A stretch of 64,000 bases of DNA from Neodothiora populina (lineage: Eukaryota), in the NCBI RefSeq assembly GCF_041146345.1, contig NW_027191413.1:1798001-1862000 (forward strand), given 5' to 3'. The notes beneath the pieces were generated by a model. The model did no database searches and was not told the DNA's origin. It saw only the letters and a program-made list of their open reading frames with translations. The position numbers were made by a program, and so were the translations under genes. Numbering within the stretch: the first letter of the stretch is position 1; each line of letters begins with the position of its first letter. This document shows positions 24,735 through 35,963 of the stretch, piece by piece.

Positions 24735-26161
24735 TCAGAACCCAACAGCATCCTTGACTAGCTTCATCGTAGCATTGGCAGAGGCATTAGCCTTTTGCGA
24801 ACCCAGCTCGGCGGCATCTTCGAGCTCTCTACCGCTGCCTTTGATGATGGACTCGAACCTTTCGCGGATAGGTCCAATATGTTGATCTACTGCCTCGGTG
24901 ACATGGTCCTTCAGAGCCTTGAGGGAAACACCCTCGAGGTCACGAGCGTAGTCTTCAGGCGACGAAGCTTCACTCTGGTTCTGCAGGTTGAACGCTATCT
25001 CGATGAGGTTGGACACGCCAGGTCGTTGGACCGGATCGTACGAAGCACCTTCAATCGAGTCCGTCACAGCGACTCGGAGTTTCTTGCGTATCTCCTCACG
25101 AGAGTCGGTAAGCAGGATCCTGGACTTTGGGTTCGGATGCGACTTGGACATTTTGTATTGCGGTCGGTCGAGAGACATTACGCGCTTTCCTGGAGCTGTT
25201 GACAGCAAAGATTGTCAGCAAGTCTGCCAAAAGTGCCAGGTTTTCATGTGATAGATTCGCAAGTTTGAGAAGGATTCAGAAATTGGTATGTTATCTGTCG
25301 ACGCTGTTTGATAGTGCAGCTACAGTTCTAGAGCTAAAGTTTATCATCTTTTGAGGGGTGAGGTGATGCATGAAAAAGAAAGTACAAACAAACTTACACA
25401 ACAATGTCTCTGGAGCCGACAACACCTTGCCATGAACATGATTGAAGCCATTGGCGCACTCTCGTGCGAATTCCAAGTGCTGGCTCTGATCATGTCCCAC
25501 AGGCACGTGAGTGGAACGATGTACAAGGATATCAGCCGCTTGCAGCACTGGGTAGGAGAACAAGCCGAGCTTCAGCTTGGACTTGGACGACTGATCCAGT
25601 GGATTCGCATTGTCTGCGAGATCCAATTTACTCTTCCATTGGGTCATCCTAGACAGGTAACCCATAGATGCACCACAGCTGAGGATCCACATGAGCTCGG
25701 AGTGGGCAGGCACCTATGTAGTCGCCGTCAGCAAGAGTAGATGGCAGTATATGGACAAGACGGGACCGTACCGAAGACTGGTAGAAAATAGTCGACCGAT
25801 CAGGGTCTAGTCCAATGGCAAGAAGAGTGGCCAGCATCTCTCTCTTGCATTGTCGTAGGTAAGCCCGATCTTGTGGGACTGTTATAGCATGTAGATCGAC
25901 AATCGAATACAACAATTGCGTGTCTCGATCGGCTTCTTTCTGAAGCTTGACCCACTGCTGCAGGGCTCCCAGATAGTTTCCTAAATGAGGCACGCCCGTA
26001 GGCTGAATGCCAGAGAAGATGACTTTGGACGAGCTGGGCGTCACATATGACCGCCGCTGCAGTGTCAACCCATTGCTTACAGCTGCTGAAGGACTCGAGC
26101 AAAGTCGAGCGAACTTGGTATGTTGCGCGAGGAGACGAGCAGGCACACCAACAGCAGGCAT
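24735..26161 (-). CDS. MSW1: Mitochondrial tryptophanyl-tRNA synthetase (3 exons)
   Basis: Presequence-like N-terminus, [18 protein letters not shown] (HIGH), [17 protein letters not shown], and KMSKS. Confidence 0.95.
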
Positions 26162-26568
26162 TTATACTAGAAAATCGAAAATTTCGGCGACGGGGAAATT
26201 TGTAGTCTCGACAAGCAGACGCGGTATGGCAAATGCCGTCTCGTTTGATGGATTCCTTACATGGAAGTAGATCCGACTAGTCGGGAGGTCGGAACTCTGG
26301 GTCTCGGCGGACGTCGGCCCTGACGCAGTGGCTTGGCTGGGCATGAACCACGTCCCTCGTGCTGTATAAACCCCCCCCAAGGCTACTCTTGCTGTACGTC
26401 TAGTACGAGGTAGAGAAAGAACCTAAGGCTTAGGTGTAGCACAGCCACGTCATCCTATAAACATTCACTGGAGCCAACCATTGGGTTACGTTGTTCTTGC
26501 TTGTAGAACCAACACCAAACCATAGACACAGCCAATACACTTAGTAAAACCAGCATAACATCGCAAAC

Positions 26569-27478
26569 ATGTCGTGGGCGGGGTTCAAGAAGAACGTCAA
26601 CCGGGCGACGACCCAGGTTATGATGAAGACTGGTACATTTAAATCATAGACAACACTTACCACAACTCCTTCGCTTACGATGAGCTTCAGGCCATGTCGA
26701 GAGGACAAACGACCGGGACTATGCAGTGGAAGAGCGTCGATACCGCACGCTGGAGAACGCCGCCGTGCGCTTGCAGAAGGAAGCTCGCGGCTACCTAGAT
26801 TCGCTACGAGCAATGACCGCCTCGCAAATGCGCATCGCGGAGACCATCGATGCCTTCTACGGCGATGCCGGTGCTAGCGATGGTGTGAGCAGAAGCTATA
26901 AGCAGGCCGTCGAGGACCTGGACGCGGAAACCATCAAGGCGCTCGATGGACCTTATAGAACCACTGTCTTGGAGCCCATCAATCGATTCTGCGCTTACTT
27001 CCCGGATATCAATGAGTGTACGCACCCTCGAATCGCCACAAAACTCCATCTGCGTTACAGAATTTATCTAACCTGAACTACAGGCATCAAGAAGCGCAAC
27101 CACAAACTCTTGGACTACGACTCCATGCGCGCCAAGGTGAAAAAGCTGACCGAAAAGCCCGACAAGGACGTCACCAAGTTGCCGCGCGCCGAAAAGGACA
27201 CGGAAATGGCCAAGGCAGCCTACGAACAGATCAACGATCAGCTCTTCACCGAACTGCCTCAGCTCATCGACCTGCGCGTCCCCTACCTCGACCCCAGCTT
27301 CGAAGCATTGGTCAAGATCCAATTGAGATTCTGTGCCGAAGCGTACAGCAGAATGGCCCAGGTGCAACAGTATCTCGATGCCGACACCAGGGAGCAGTAC
27401 GCGCAGGGCCATCTCGATACCAAGGTCGAGCAAGTGTTACAGGAGATCAGGGAACTGAGCGTGGCAGGCACGGTCTGA
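26569..27478 (+). CDS. RVS161: BAR-domain amphiphysin Rvs161/Hob3 (3 exons)
   Basis: MSWAGFKKNVNRA amphipathic helix, YLDSLRAMT, KKRNHKLLDYD, and ELPQLIDLRVPYLDPSF. No SH3 domain. Confidence 0.95.
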
Positions 27479-27853
27479 GAGAAACCACAATTGGTCTTAT
27501 CGTATATCAGGGACAGACGGAAATGGCGTTTAGTATGGATACAGGCGGTGACGATAGCATGACGATTGGCGCTCTCCGAAGGGTCACTTTCACATGGTTT
27601 CAGTCCTGGTCGTTACCGAACGACGTTCAGAGCTTTTGGTAAATGGGTATCATGGGGGAAGGAAATCTCTAATAACAGTCGCCAGCCTCTAGAAAATCCC
27701 CTTGGAGTTATAGCATACCAGTCAAAACGACGGGTGAAAACCTCGTTTCCTACACTTCTCGGGGGCCAAGCAAGCAATGTCCCAGTGCGCGAGATCCTGC
27801 CATGCCGTGACAACTTGAAGCTAGAGAAGCGTGATTCGGTCCATACTGACCAC

Positions 27854-29257
27854 TCATAGTACGATAGGCGCCATATCATTCATTGCAGAGACGCCGTTGT
27901 TTGAAGGCGGGTTGTTTGCCGTGGCCGTCAACGCAGCCGTGTCCTCAGGGAAGATGGGATGTAATGCGTAGATGGGCCCTTCAAAGTTCTCGCCGTCAAA
28001 GAACGCCATGTTCTGCAGAGGCTGCTCGCGCTTTCCCAGAACATTGATAACGTCCTCGGAAAGGCGACCACCCACGAATGCGGCGACTGGTACGAGTTCA
28101 CTGCCGATGTTCTGGAGGAAGCTTCGCAGAAAGTCTGCCTTCAGCGTTTCTGGGGGCATCTGAAGCTCTAGCAGCTTCTCGTTGGCGAGTGAAGTGTATA
28201 TGATGAGGTCCTCCTTGGAATGAGATGGCATTCTGCTGTACTTGCGCTCGAAATCCCACAGAGCGCGCAAAGCAGGCAGGAGCGGAGTGATAGATCGCAT
28301 CTTGCGACGGTTGCGGATGTATTCGATCGGGAGTGGTGATGTGTTGGCAAGTAGAAGGGGCGAGTAGATCTCACGCTTGGTCACAAGCTCAATGTTCTTG
28401 CCATTCTCTCGCTTTGTTGCAACGTTGGTGATCATTCGAGTCGTTGACTCTGCTTTGATCACGGTCGCGACGTTTGACTTTTCGCGCTCGATGATATACT
28501 CGTGCTGAATTAGATCTGCAAAAATGTATCCATAAAACCCATGGAGACCTGCAGCATAGAATGGTTTTTGAGCTATACGACATCCTGCATTGACCTGCGT
28601 CGTAGTCAAGAAGTCAAGATCACAGGCTATGACAAGGTCAAAGAGGGCGTAATAGTCTGGTCCCTTGCTTAGTATGTCGCTCTTGTCAGTCGTCACCTTG
28701 ACCCGAGGATTGAGCTCCTGAAGGCGTGGCGTTGCAGCTTCGGCTCGCTAAGTCACGTTAGCCAGACCGAGAGATCAATGTCATGCTCAACAAGTTCTTA
28801 CGTTTCGGCCGATGTCTTCTTCGCGCAAGAAGTATTGTGCACCGAGATCATCTTCGGTCACCACTCCACCGTCGAGAATGGTAAGGGATCCGATTCCATT
28901 GAGGATGACATTCTTTGCGATCTCGTTTCCAAGCGCCTTGATGGAGATGAGGAGAATGTTCGCGGAACGGATCTTCTCCTGCGCAGCGACTCCCCACAAT
29001 CTGATCTGGCGATCGTACAGGGCGATCTCGTCTGCTCACGATCAGTCTTGACGAGATGAGAAGGTCGGACTACATGATAGCATACCGGCAGAGATGGCTT
29101 GGGCGTGCGCAGCCGTACCGACCGCTTCTACAGCTGGGTTGAGCGTCATCTGCATGACGTTGGCATCGACCGCTGTCGGTTGGCAGTAAGTGACGAGACT
29201 CGCGCAACGAATGAGGCAATGGGACTCACGAGTCGACCCATTCGGCAGATCAGCCAT
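27854..29257 (-). CDS. AOS1: SUMO E1 activating enzyme subunit 1 (Aos1/Rad31), multi-exon
   Basis: DEIALYDRQIRLWGVAAQEKIR, EIAKNVILNGIGSLT, and PVAAFVGG.L..DVINVLG. Confidence 0.92.
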
Positions 29258-30535
29258 CGCGGTATTTAAAGTAGGTGGGAGAAGCGTCGCGCCCTAGACT
29301 TGCGGGAGTCTCAAGTGATAGAGGCTTTTTAGCGGTAGATATTATGTGCCACAAGGATCTCCTTCGGATTGTAGTGGATAAATAGGATAATATGTTCTCG
29401 CCACAAGAATCGCAGAAAGTATTCGACGCCGGGCCAAACGAGGTTTGATATTGGTGTCTCTATGGGGACTAGCCTTTATTGTCGTAGTCTGTCTTTTCCT
29501 GTATAGGTCTGAAATGTTTATGAGATGGAGTTTAACAGTAGTTGTAAATCGAGATGCATCTATAATCATACAGTAGGTCAAAACGAGGTAACCGAAGTAC
29601 CTTACATTCACTCTTCTATCGAGGAGCCACGTTGTGCTCAATGCGGTCTTTTCGGAACTCACGAACCGACCAATCAACGCCACGCTCGCCTAATCTCCTA
29701 TACTTCATTCGGTTCGACAACGACTGACTTGATATTATTGCAGCGTGCGAACGACCTACAGTAAACATTCCAGAAGGACGAGCGAAAGGACACGAGGGAT
29801 ACGTACTGTACAGTTCACGATACCGAATTTAAGTCTTGCCCGAGGAAGCAAACTAACATCATACAGATGCGTATAGACCAGGACAATACAAGAGTCCTTA
29901 TCTTATCAGCTAGAGCGATCAGCCAGTGCGGGATGTCTCAAGCCGGACGCACATGTAATTTACCGTATTGTACTGTAGATTATCACTACAGTGGTGGCCA
30001 ACGAGGCACAGATGGAACCACGCTGCGGTGTCTATATGTGACTCCAGATCCAGAGAGATGATTGATACAAGTATGGTTGCGGCATTAGTCTAGCATGCAC
30101 AATGGTATCGGTGGCTCGTTGCCAGCCTGTGTGCTGTGCTGAATCTAGGTGATCCTTTAGGCGTTTATCAAGATCGAGTATTACTCGAGCTGGACCCTCT
30201 TAAAAGCCACATGCAATGAGCGGCGGTCACTGTACTGCATTGTTCTCTTGCTGCTTTCGTGGTCTCATACCACATGTGCTATTCATCACTCGTATGATCC
30301 GTTTGCATCCCTAGGCCACCCTATCCAAGTGAACTCTACCGTGTGTTTATCCGAAGAGTGAATTATTTGCTCTGTTTGACCAGTGATTAGACCACACCCT
30401 GCCGCTCAACTGGTTCAGGTTAACGCCATCCGAGGTCCATCTCTTTCCCAGATAATAAACTCCGGACCCCACAACCAAAAAACCGAATGATGGGGACTCC
30501 CGAGTCTCGATAAGAATACACACTCGTATACAACC

Positions 30536-32235
30536 ATGGCCGACCGGAGATCATTGGCGCCTTTCACGGTGGGTAAATTTGTGCATCACCAAGCGACATG
30601 GCTGGCGATACACTGTCAACACCGCCAACGTGGCCGCGGGCTGACAGGTCAATGTGTAGTCCGATGATCACGACTTTCCGCCGGCTACATCGTCAAACGA
30701 TAACTTATGGTCGGCCTCCAGCGCCGTAAGCACTCGCCTTGCCAATCTACGCAGAGCACTGGAACAGACTCGTGAGCAAGCGAGGAGCCGCATACAGATT
30801 GCCGGGTCAGAGAGATATTCGTCGAGTCGAGCCTCGCCGAGATTCCCTACCGACTGGCCCAGACGACGTCGCACAAGAGACTCCAGCTATGCCACTCCGC
30901 TCTCGCCTCCAGGATCTAATGCCCTACCGCACTCGGACACCGAACGTCAGCCAGCTTCTGATGGTCACGGCGGTGCCGATGCCGATGCCGATGCCGAAGA
31001 GCAAGGGAGGCGGAAGCGCAGAAAGTTGCACCACCCTATGGCAGACGCCGCTTTCAGATATGGTTGGCACGGTCAGGTCGAGCCTGGGTTGCTCAAGCTA
31101 TCTGTCGAAAGTTGCGATGGGAATGTTCATGACGATCACGGCGGCATCTATTACGGACCACAAAACATTCTCAAACATGATAAGAGTGTCTACTGCACAA
31201 GAGACTCGACGTGCAACATTGTCCTACGCCACCATGATTTTTCCCCCTTTACTCTCGAGAAATTGCACATCCTGGCTCCTGAAAATGGGTTTACGGCACC
31301 ATTGAAGGAGGGGTTGATCTATGTTGCCATGGATCGCACTGACCTTCTTCCTTATCTGGAGCCTACCTCACAACGAGTGCCACGCTCCTTCGCCCCAGCA
31401 AGCCCGACTCGCCGCGACCGCGATAGTGATAATCATCATATAAGCTTTCTCGAGAGTCTCAATGACCCTGAAGTATCTCGGGCCCTTCTACATACCCAGA
31501 GCAGGGACCGCTCACCCTCAGATGCCCCCTCCCCGATCGCCTTCAACAATGCGGAGCATGGCGACACCGATTCTCTGACGCCTGACTCATTCACATCTGC
31601 TATGCGGGGACCCAGTTGGCCGGCCCTCGCCCCGTCGCACCTGCGCAGAGCCAACGCTCGCCGAGCCGCTGATATGCATGCTTGCGAAGAACAGGCAGAG
31701 TCATCTCATGACGAAGACACTCAAGTCGTCATGCTGTCAGATGATGAGGTGATATGGCCAGAAGTCCCATCGCGAGCGGACGTGTTGGAAGACAGGCAAC
31801 GTCGAGAGAGGAGAGTGGCCATCGTCGATGATGAGGACAATTACGGCTGGGATACCCGTTTCCATACCGTACACTCGCGTCCGGGCCGAGCACGGCGACC
31901 AAACTTTCGCCGTAAAGAGCGTGGCATTATGCTCCCTAGTCCGCAACTCGGTCAGGTGAAAGGAGACGGAGTCACATGTGCACGCTTTCACATCAAAGAC
32001 GGTAAGCACAAGGTCGCTATCAGATTTGACCCTCCCGTGTCGGGAACACATATTCTACTCAAACTCCAAACACCATATGTGGGGAAGAACATCGACATTC
32101 AGACTGTGCTTGCTTCAGGGTATGCCGGACCAAGGTATGCTATGTTCTGTCCCTCAGTAACGCTGGCTTCAGGTTACATTGATATTGCCTTGAGCTAAAT
32201 ATGGCAGATTCTTCCCTGCGATTGAATTGCGATGA
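30536..32235 (+). CDS. Conserved-looking fungal protein with a possible split galactose-binding/discoidin-like beta-sandwich and an NLS (3 exons)
   Basis: Splicing gives a continuous frame: MADRRSLAPFT|SDD...RRKRRKL...SCDG...YGPQNIL..DKSVYCT...IRFDPPVSGTHILLKL...NIDIQ...GYAGPR|FFPAIELR. The fold call is a guess from the beta-strand pattern. Confidence 0.75.
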
Positions 32236-32278
32236 ATAAGGTGCATTTGACCATAGAGAGTTTCTAAAAAGCCCCTCT

Positions 32279-33302
32279 CTACCTCCTTCTTGAGCCTCCG
32301 AAACCAGTACTCTCGTACCTAGCGCTCGATGGCGGGGAACTTGACGAAGAGCCATTGCTGTTACTCCGCGCTTGAGCAGATCTGGAACTACCTACCATAG
32401 GGTCTGTACGTTGGCCGAAGCCCCTGTTGGCTGCCATATAGGCACCAGCGGCACCAGCAGCAGTTCCGGTCCAGAACCCGGGTCGCCAGCCCTGGGTATT
32501 TGGTGCTTGTTGACTCCCCTTGGTTCCGGGTGGTCGAGGGTCGTACGGTGGTGGCGGATCGTCGTTGTCTGTATCAAGCGTCAGAGCCTCAAATCTTGAT
32601 GGCTTGGCCTATGCTATGGCTGTGAAACTCACCATCGTCTCCGCCCCAGCCCCAACCTCCTCCCGCTCCACCTCTGCCTCCTGCGGGAGGACGCTGCGCA
32701 CCACGAGTGCATGACGTCCAAACTCCATAACCAATAACTCCAACAATGACTACTTAATGTCAGTAGAGGCACATTACTTGCGTCGATCTCATCGCGAACT
32801 TACAGGCTAAACACAAGCCAAACATGATCCTCTCTGACCTCGTTGCCGGGCCGTCGCCTGAGTAATCATCTCGATGACCATACTTCTCCTCGCCAGTCTC
32901 CGTGAGGACGAGCCTGTACTCTACTCCACAACTGCCTTTGAGGATATATGGATCTTCTGCCGAGTCGTACCCTTCGCAGATGACATCAGTCGCACCAAGC
33001 TTGAATTCTGGTGGTAATGAGGCTTTGCAAGTCCATTGGACGTTGTCGGCGTCGTAGTCCGACCCGCTGTTTGTACAGCGCATCACATCAATGTCATACA
33101 GATCGCATGCATTGCCACCAACACAGCTCAATTGGGGCACAGGCTTCAGTCGACGGGCTGTAGTATCTTTACCACCGCGGAGTGTCAGGCTTTTGATGTT
33201 TGAAAGCAGGACACTGTTGGAGGGTTTGCGTGCTGCAAAGGTGCCTATGCTGTGGCATGACAAGAGAAGGATGACTTGCGGCAGCAGAGTCTGTATCTTC
33301 AT
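32279..33302 (-). CDS. SARAF/TMEM66-like (DUF1183) membrane protein (multi-exon)
   Basis: Signal peptide, LTLRGG.DTTARR..PVPQL.CVGG, VQWTC, CEGYD...DPYILKGSCGVEY.L, Gly/Pro-rich tail, and C-terminal STGFGGSRRR. Confidence 0.9.
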
Positions 33303-33835
33303 GTTGCTCTATTGCAGACAAAAGGTGTTTGCGGCAACCTTGGGGGTGCTGATTTTGTTGAATGCCGAATGAATTCTCCTAGTTGCGGAGGACTAGGGAT
33401 CGAGTAATCGAGCTGGGCCGTTGGCAGCCTCTGCAGTGTATGCAGTATCAAATATGATTCGAAACTGTTGATTTGTGTATACGCAAAGTGATGTGGTGGA
33501 TTTAAGTTAGCTTGCCCGTGCTCCAAAACCAATTGTACGGTCGATTCGCGCGCCGCACCACAGGTTGGAAGTCCTTTGGCTGTAACAGAATGATAGCCGG
33601 AAGATAAAAGTATTTGCAGCGGTTTTCTCACGAGCACAATAATAAATTTCCACTTTTGATGTGTTATATCGGTGGCAAAAGTCGAGGACACGGTGTCGTG
33701 ACATCTAGCTGCTGTTGCCTCACGGCGAATATGCTGGTCTGTACACGTGAAGAACGCAGCACAGTTCTTTGTTGACGTCGAACACTACCACTCGCTGTAC
33801 ATCTACCGGGTATTAAGTTATCTCGCACTTGAAAG

Positions 33836-35652
33836 ATGAAGCAAAGAATTACCTACCTGCTTAAAAATGCACACGAGCAGGGAGGAGTCGACCCGGCGAC
33901 ACTCGAAGTCTCCAAAGATTCTCTGAAGATACCAGGACTGAACGGCGCCAAAGAATGGCGAATCACTGTTGGCGCGAAGGAGCTTCCCCAAGAGGTCAGT
34001 CAGTAGAACCAAAAGGTAAATCCAGATGCATCACGCATGCTTGCGTGCTTATACAATGCAGATCTGGCAAGTCCTCAAATTGAGCCATGAGCTTCATATT
34101 CGCTGGACGTCTGCTACGCCATACGATGCGATTTCGCCTTTAGTATCACGGACACCGCCCGGCCTGCATGTGTTCTTTACTCCTAGGAAAGATGCTTCGC
34201 AGTATGTTGTTGTCGTCATGTACTGTGGTCCATGTGCTCAGATACTATAGAGACGTACTTTGTCCCCTCCTCACGAATGTGTTTGGAAGAGGTATATCTT
34301 GCCACTCGGTAAAGGTAGGGGTTGTTGACTTGGTTATTGCCTATCTGACTCTACTGATGCGTTTTATGTATTGCAGGAGTCATTCAGTACGCCGCCTATC
34401 TTGTCAGAGAGGTTTGCCATGTCCGCTTCACACCAGTACTATCAATCTCTCCCTGATCTACATGATCTCATTGTGTACTTGCAACACAAAGTGTGCAGCG
34501 CAGAGAACACAGTCTGTAAAGATCAGATTGCTCAGTTGAGCAAAGCTGCATCTTTAGATCTTGACTATGATACGATATCGCATGCTCTACAGATTACTAC
34601 GACGTGGGCTCGTAGTCCTGTAGGCCCGACTTGGAGTGAAGTCATTCGACTTCGATCAAAGTCAGATAGTGTAGAAGTTGGCGTCCTCAACCCGGAGAAG
34701 CCGACTGAACCAGAGGAGCTTTCCCTTGGGGGCTTTTTGACTGTACTCGGCGAGGATGATAAGCCTAGTAAGTTTCTGTCTACGGGTACTTCTTCTCATT
34801 ATGCTAAAGCTAATGATCACAGGCGCCACACTGTTCTCATTCCCTGCCAGACACCACCCATTGCCGATTGAGGACACGACAGCATTCAAAACATCCTTCC
34901 AGCAGCCCAGTGGACTTCATCCAACTCTCCAGCTATCTTTCCGCGAAGAGTCGTTGAAACCGCCTTCTCCATCCTGCTCGTTGCACACATATCTAACACT
35001 CCCGTCTACCGTGTTTCTGGACAGATATCAACTATCAGACCCTCTCTTCCTTGCGTCTAACAATCTGCTGTCCCTGCGTAGCTTGAGTGGAGAAAGCGAC
35101 CTGGAAGCTCCAGCATGGGTCATCAAGAAATGGGGTTCAGCATCACTTTTCGAGCTCAAGTCTCCCCGAGACTACTACGACGATGACTTGTCTGCATCTG
35201 CTTCAACCGAAGACCAGAACAAGGCTGGCGACTGGAACGTGACTATACCCCTGCACTTGAGGTATCTGGACCCATCCGGAGGGGAGAACATGACCTCAAC
35301 ATCGCAACCAGGGAAGCGCACAACGAAAATACCATGGCCAGCAGTCTTCTGGGCCTGCGAGGCCGAGGAAGGCCTGAAGATGGGCGTCAACCCCTTCGAC
35401 AGAGTCAATCTGGGGTACGATGGTCTTTTCGGACCAAAGACCATGTTTTATCACGTACCTCCTGCGCGCGTCGGAGGAGAGCACGGTGAGCTGTACGAGA
35501 AATTGGAGGCGCCGGTTCTGGATCTGCAGAAATCGAGATATGTGGAGGCCGGAAGTGCGTTTGTCGTTGTCATGGGCTTCGCGTGGGTGGCGTGGGTGCT
35601 GCTGAGGGGGACTTTTGGCCGAAAGGTTGATGAGGGAAAGAAGAAGATCTGA
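33836..35652 (+). CDS. PBN1: PIG-X/Pbn1 GPI-mannosyltransferase I subunit (multi-exon)
   Basis: MKQRITYLL start, GLHPTL, CSLHTYLTLP..VFLDRYQL, DLEAP, PLHLRYL, WPAVFWAC, a C-terminal TM helix and an ER-retrieval-like KKKI. Confidence 0.88.
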
Positions 35653-35963
35653 TGAAACGGTATTGTATTCTGTCTTTCCCTTCGTATGACAGCATAAAAC
35701 AGCTTCGTGCGTAGAAACTGGTTGCCAATCGCAACGCGAGTGCAGGTATAGAACGTGAAGCCAAATCGCACATGCGAAACCACCTATCCAGGCTAGCAGC
35801 ACTTGCACCTTCCCAAGAAAAGGCCCATACACCAAACCTTTTCCCCACCAGGAACCCCTTATTAGGCTAGCGAAAGTAGCACCTTCCCAAAGAATCCATT
35901 CTACTGGTTTCTCCCCTAACCCCAAAACTCCAGACGACATCGAACTATCCTCCAACTTTCACC

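Noticed and set aside
35914..35922. CCCTAACCC as a telomerase template or telomeric seed
   Set aside because: Single 9-mer in a ~300-nt convergent spacer, too short for a fungal telomerase RNA and expected by chance.
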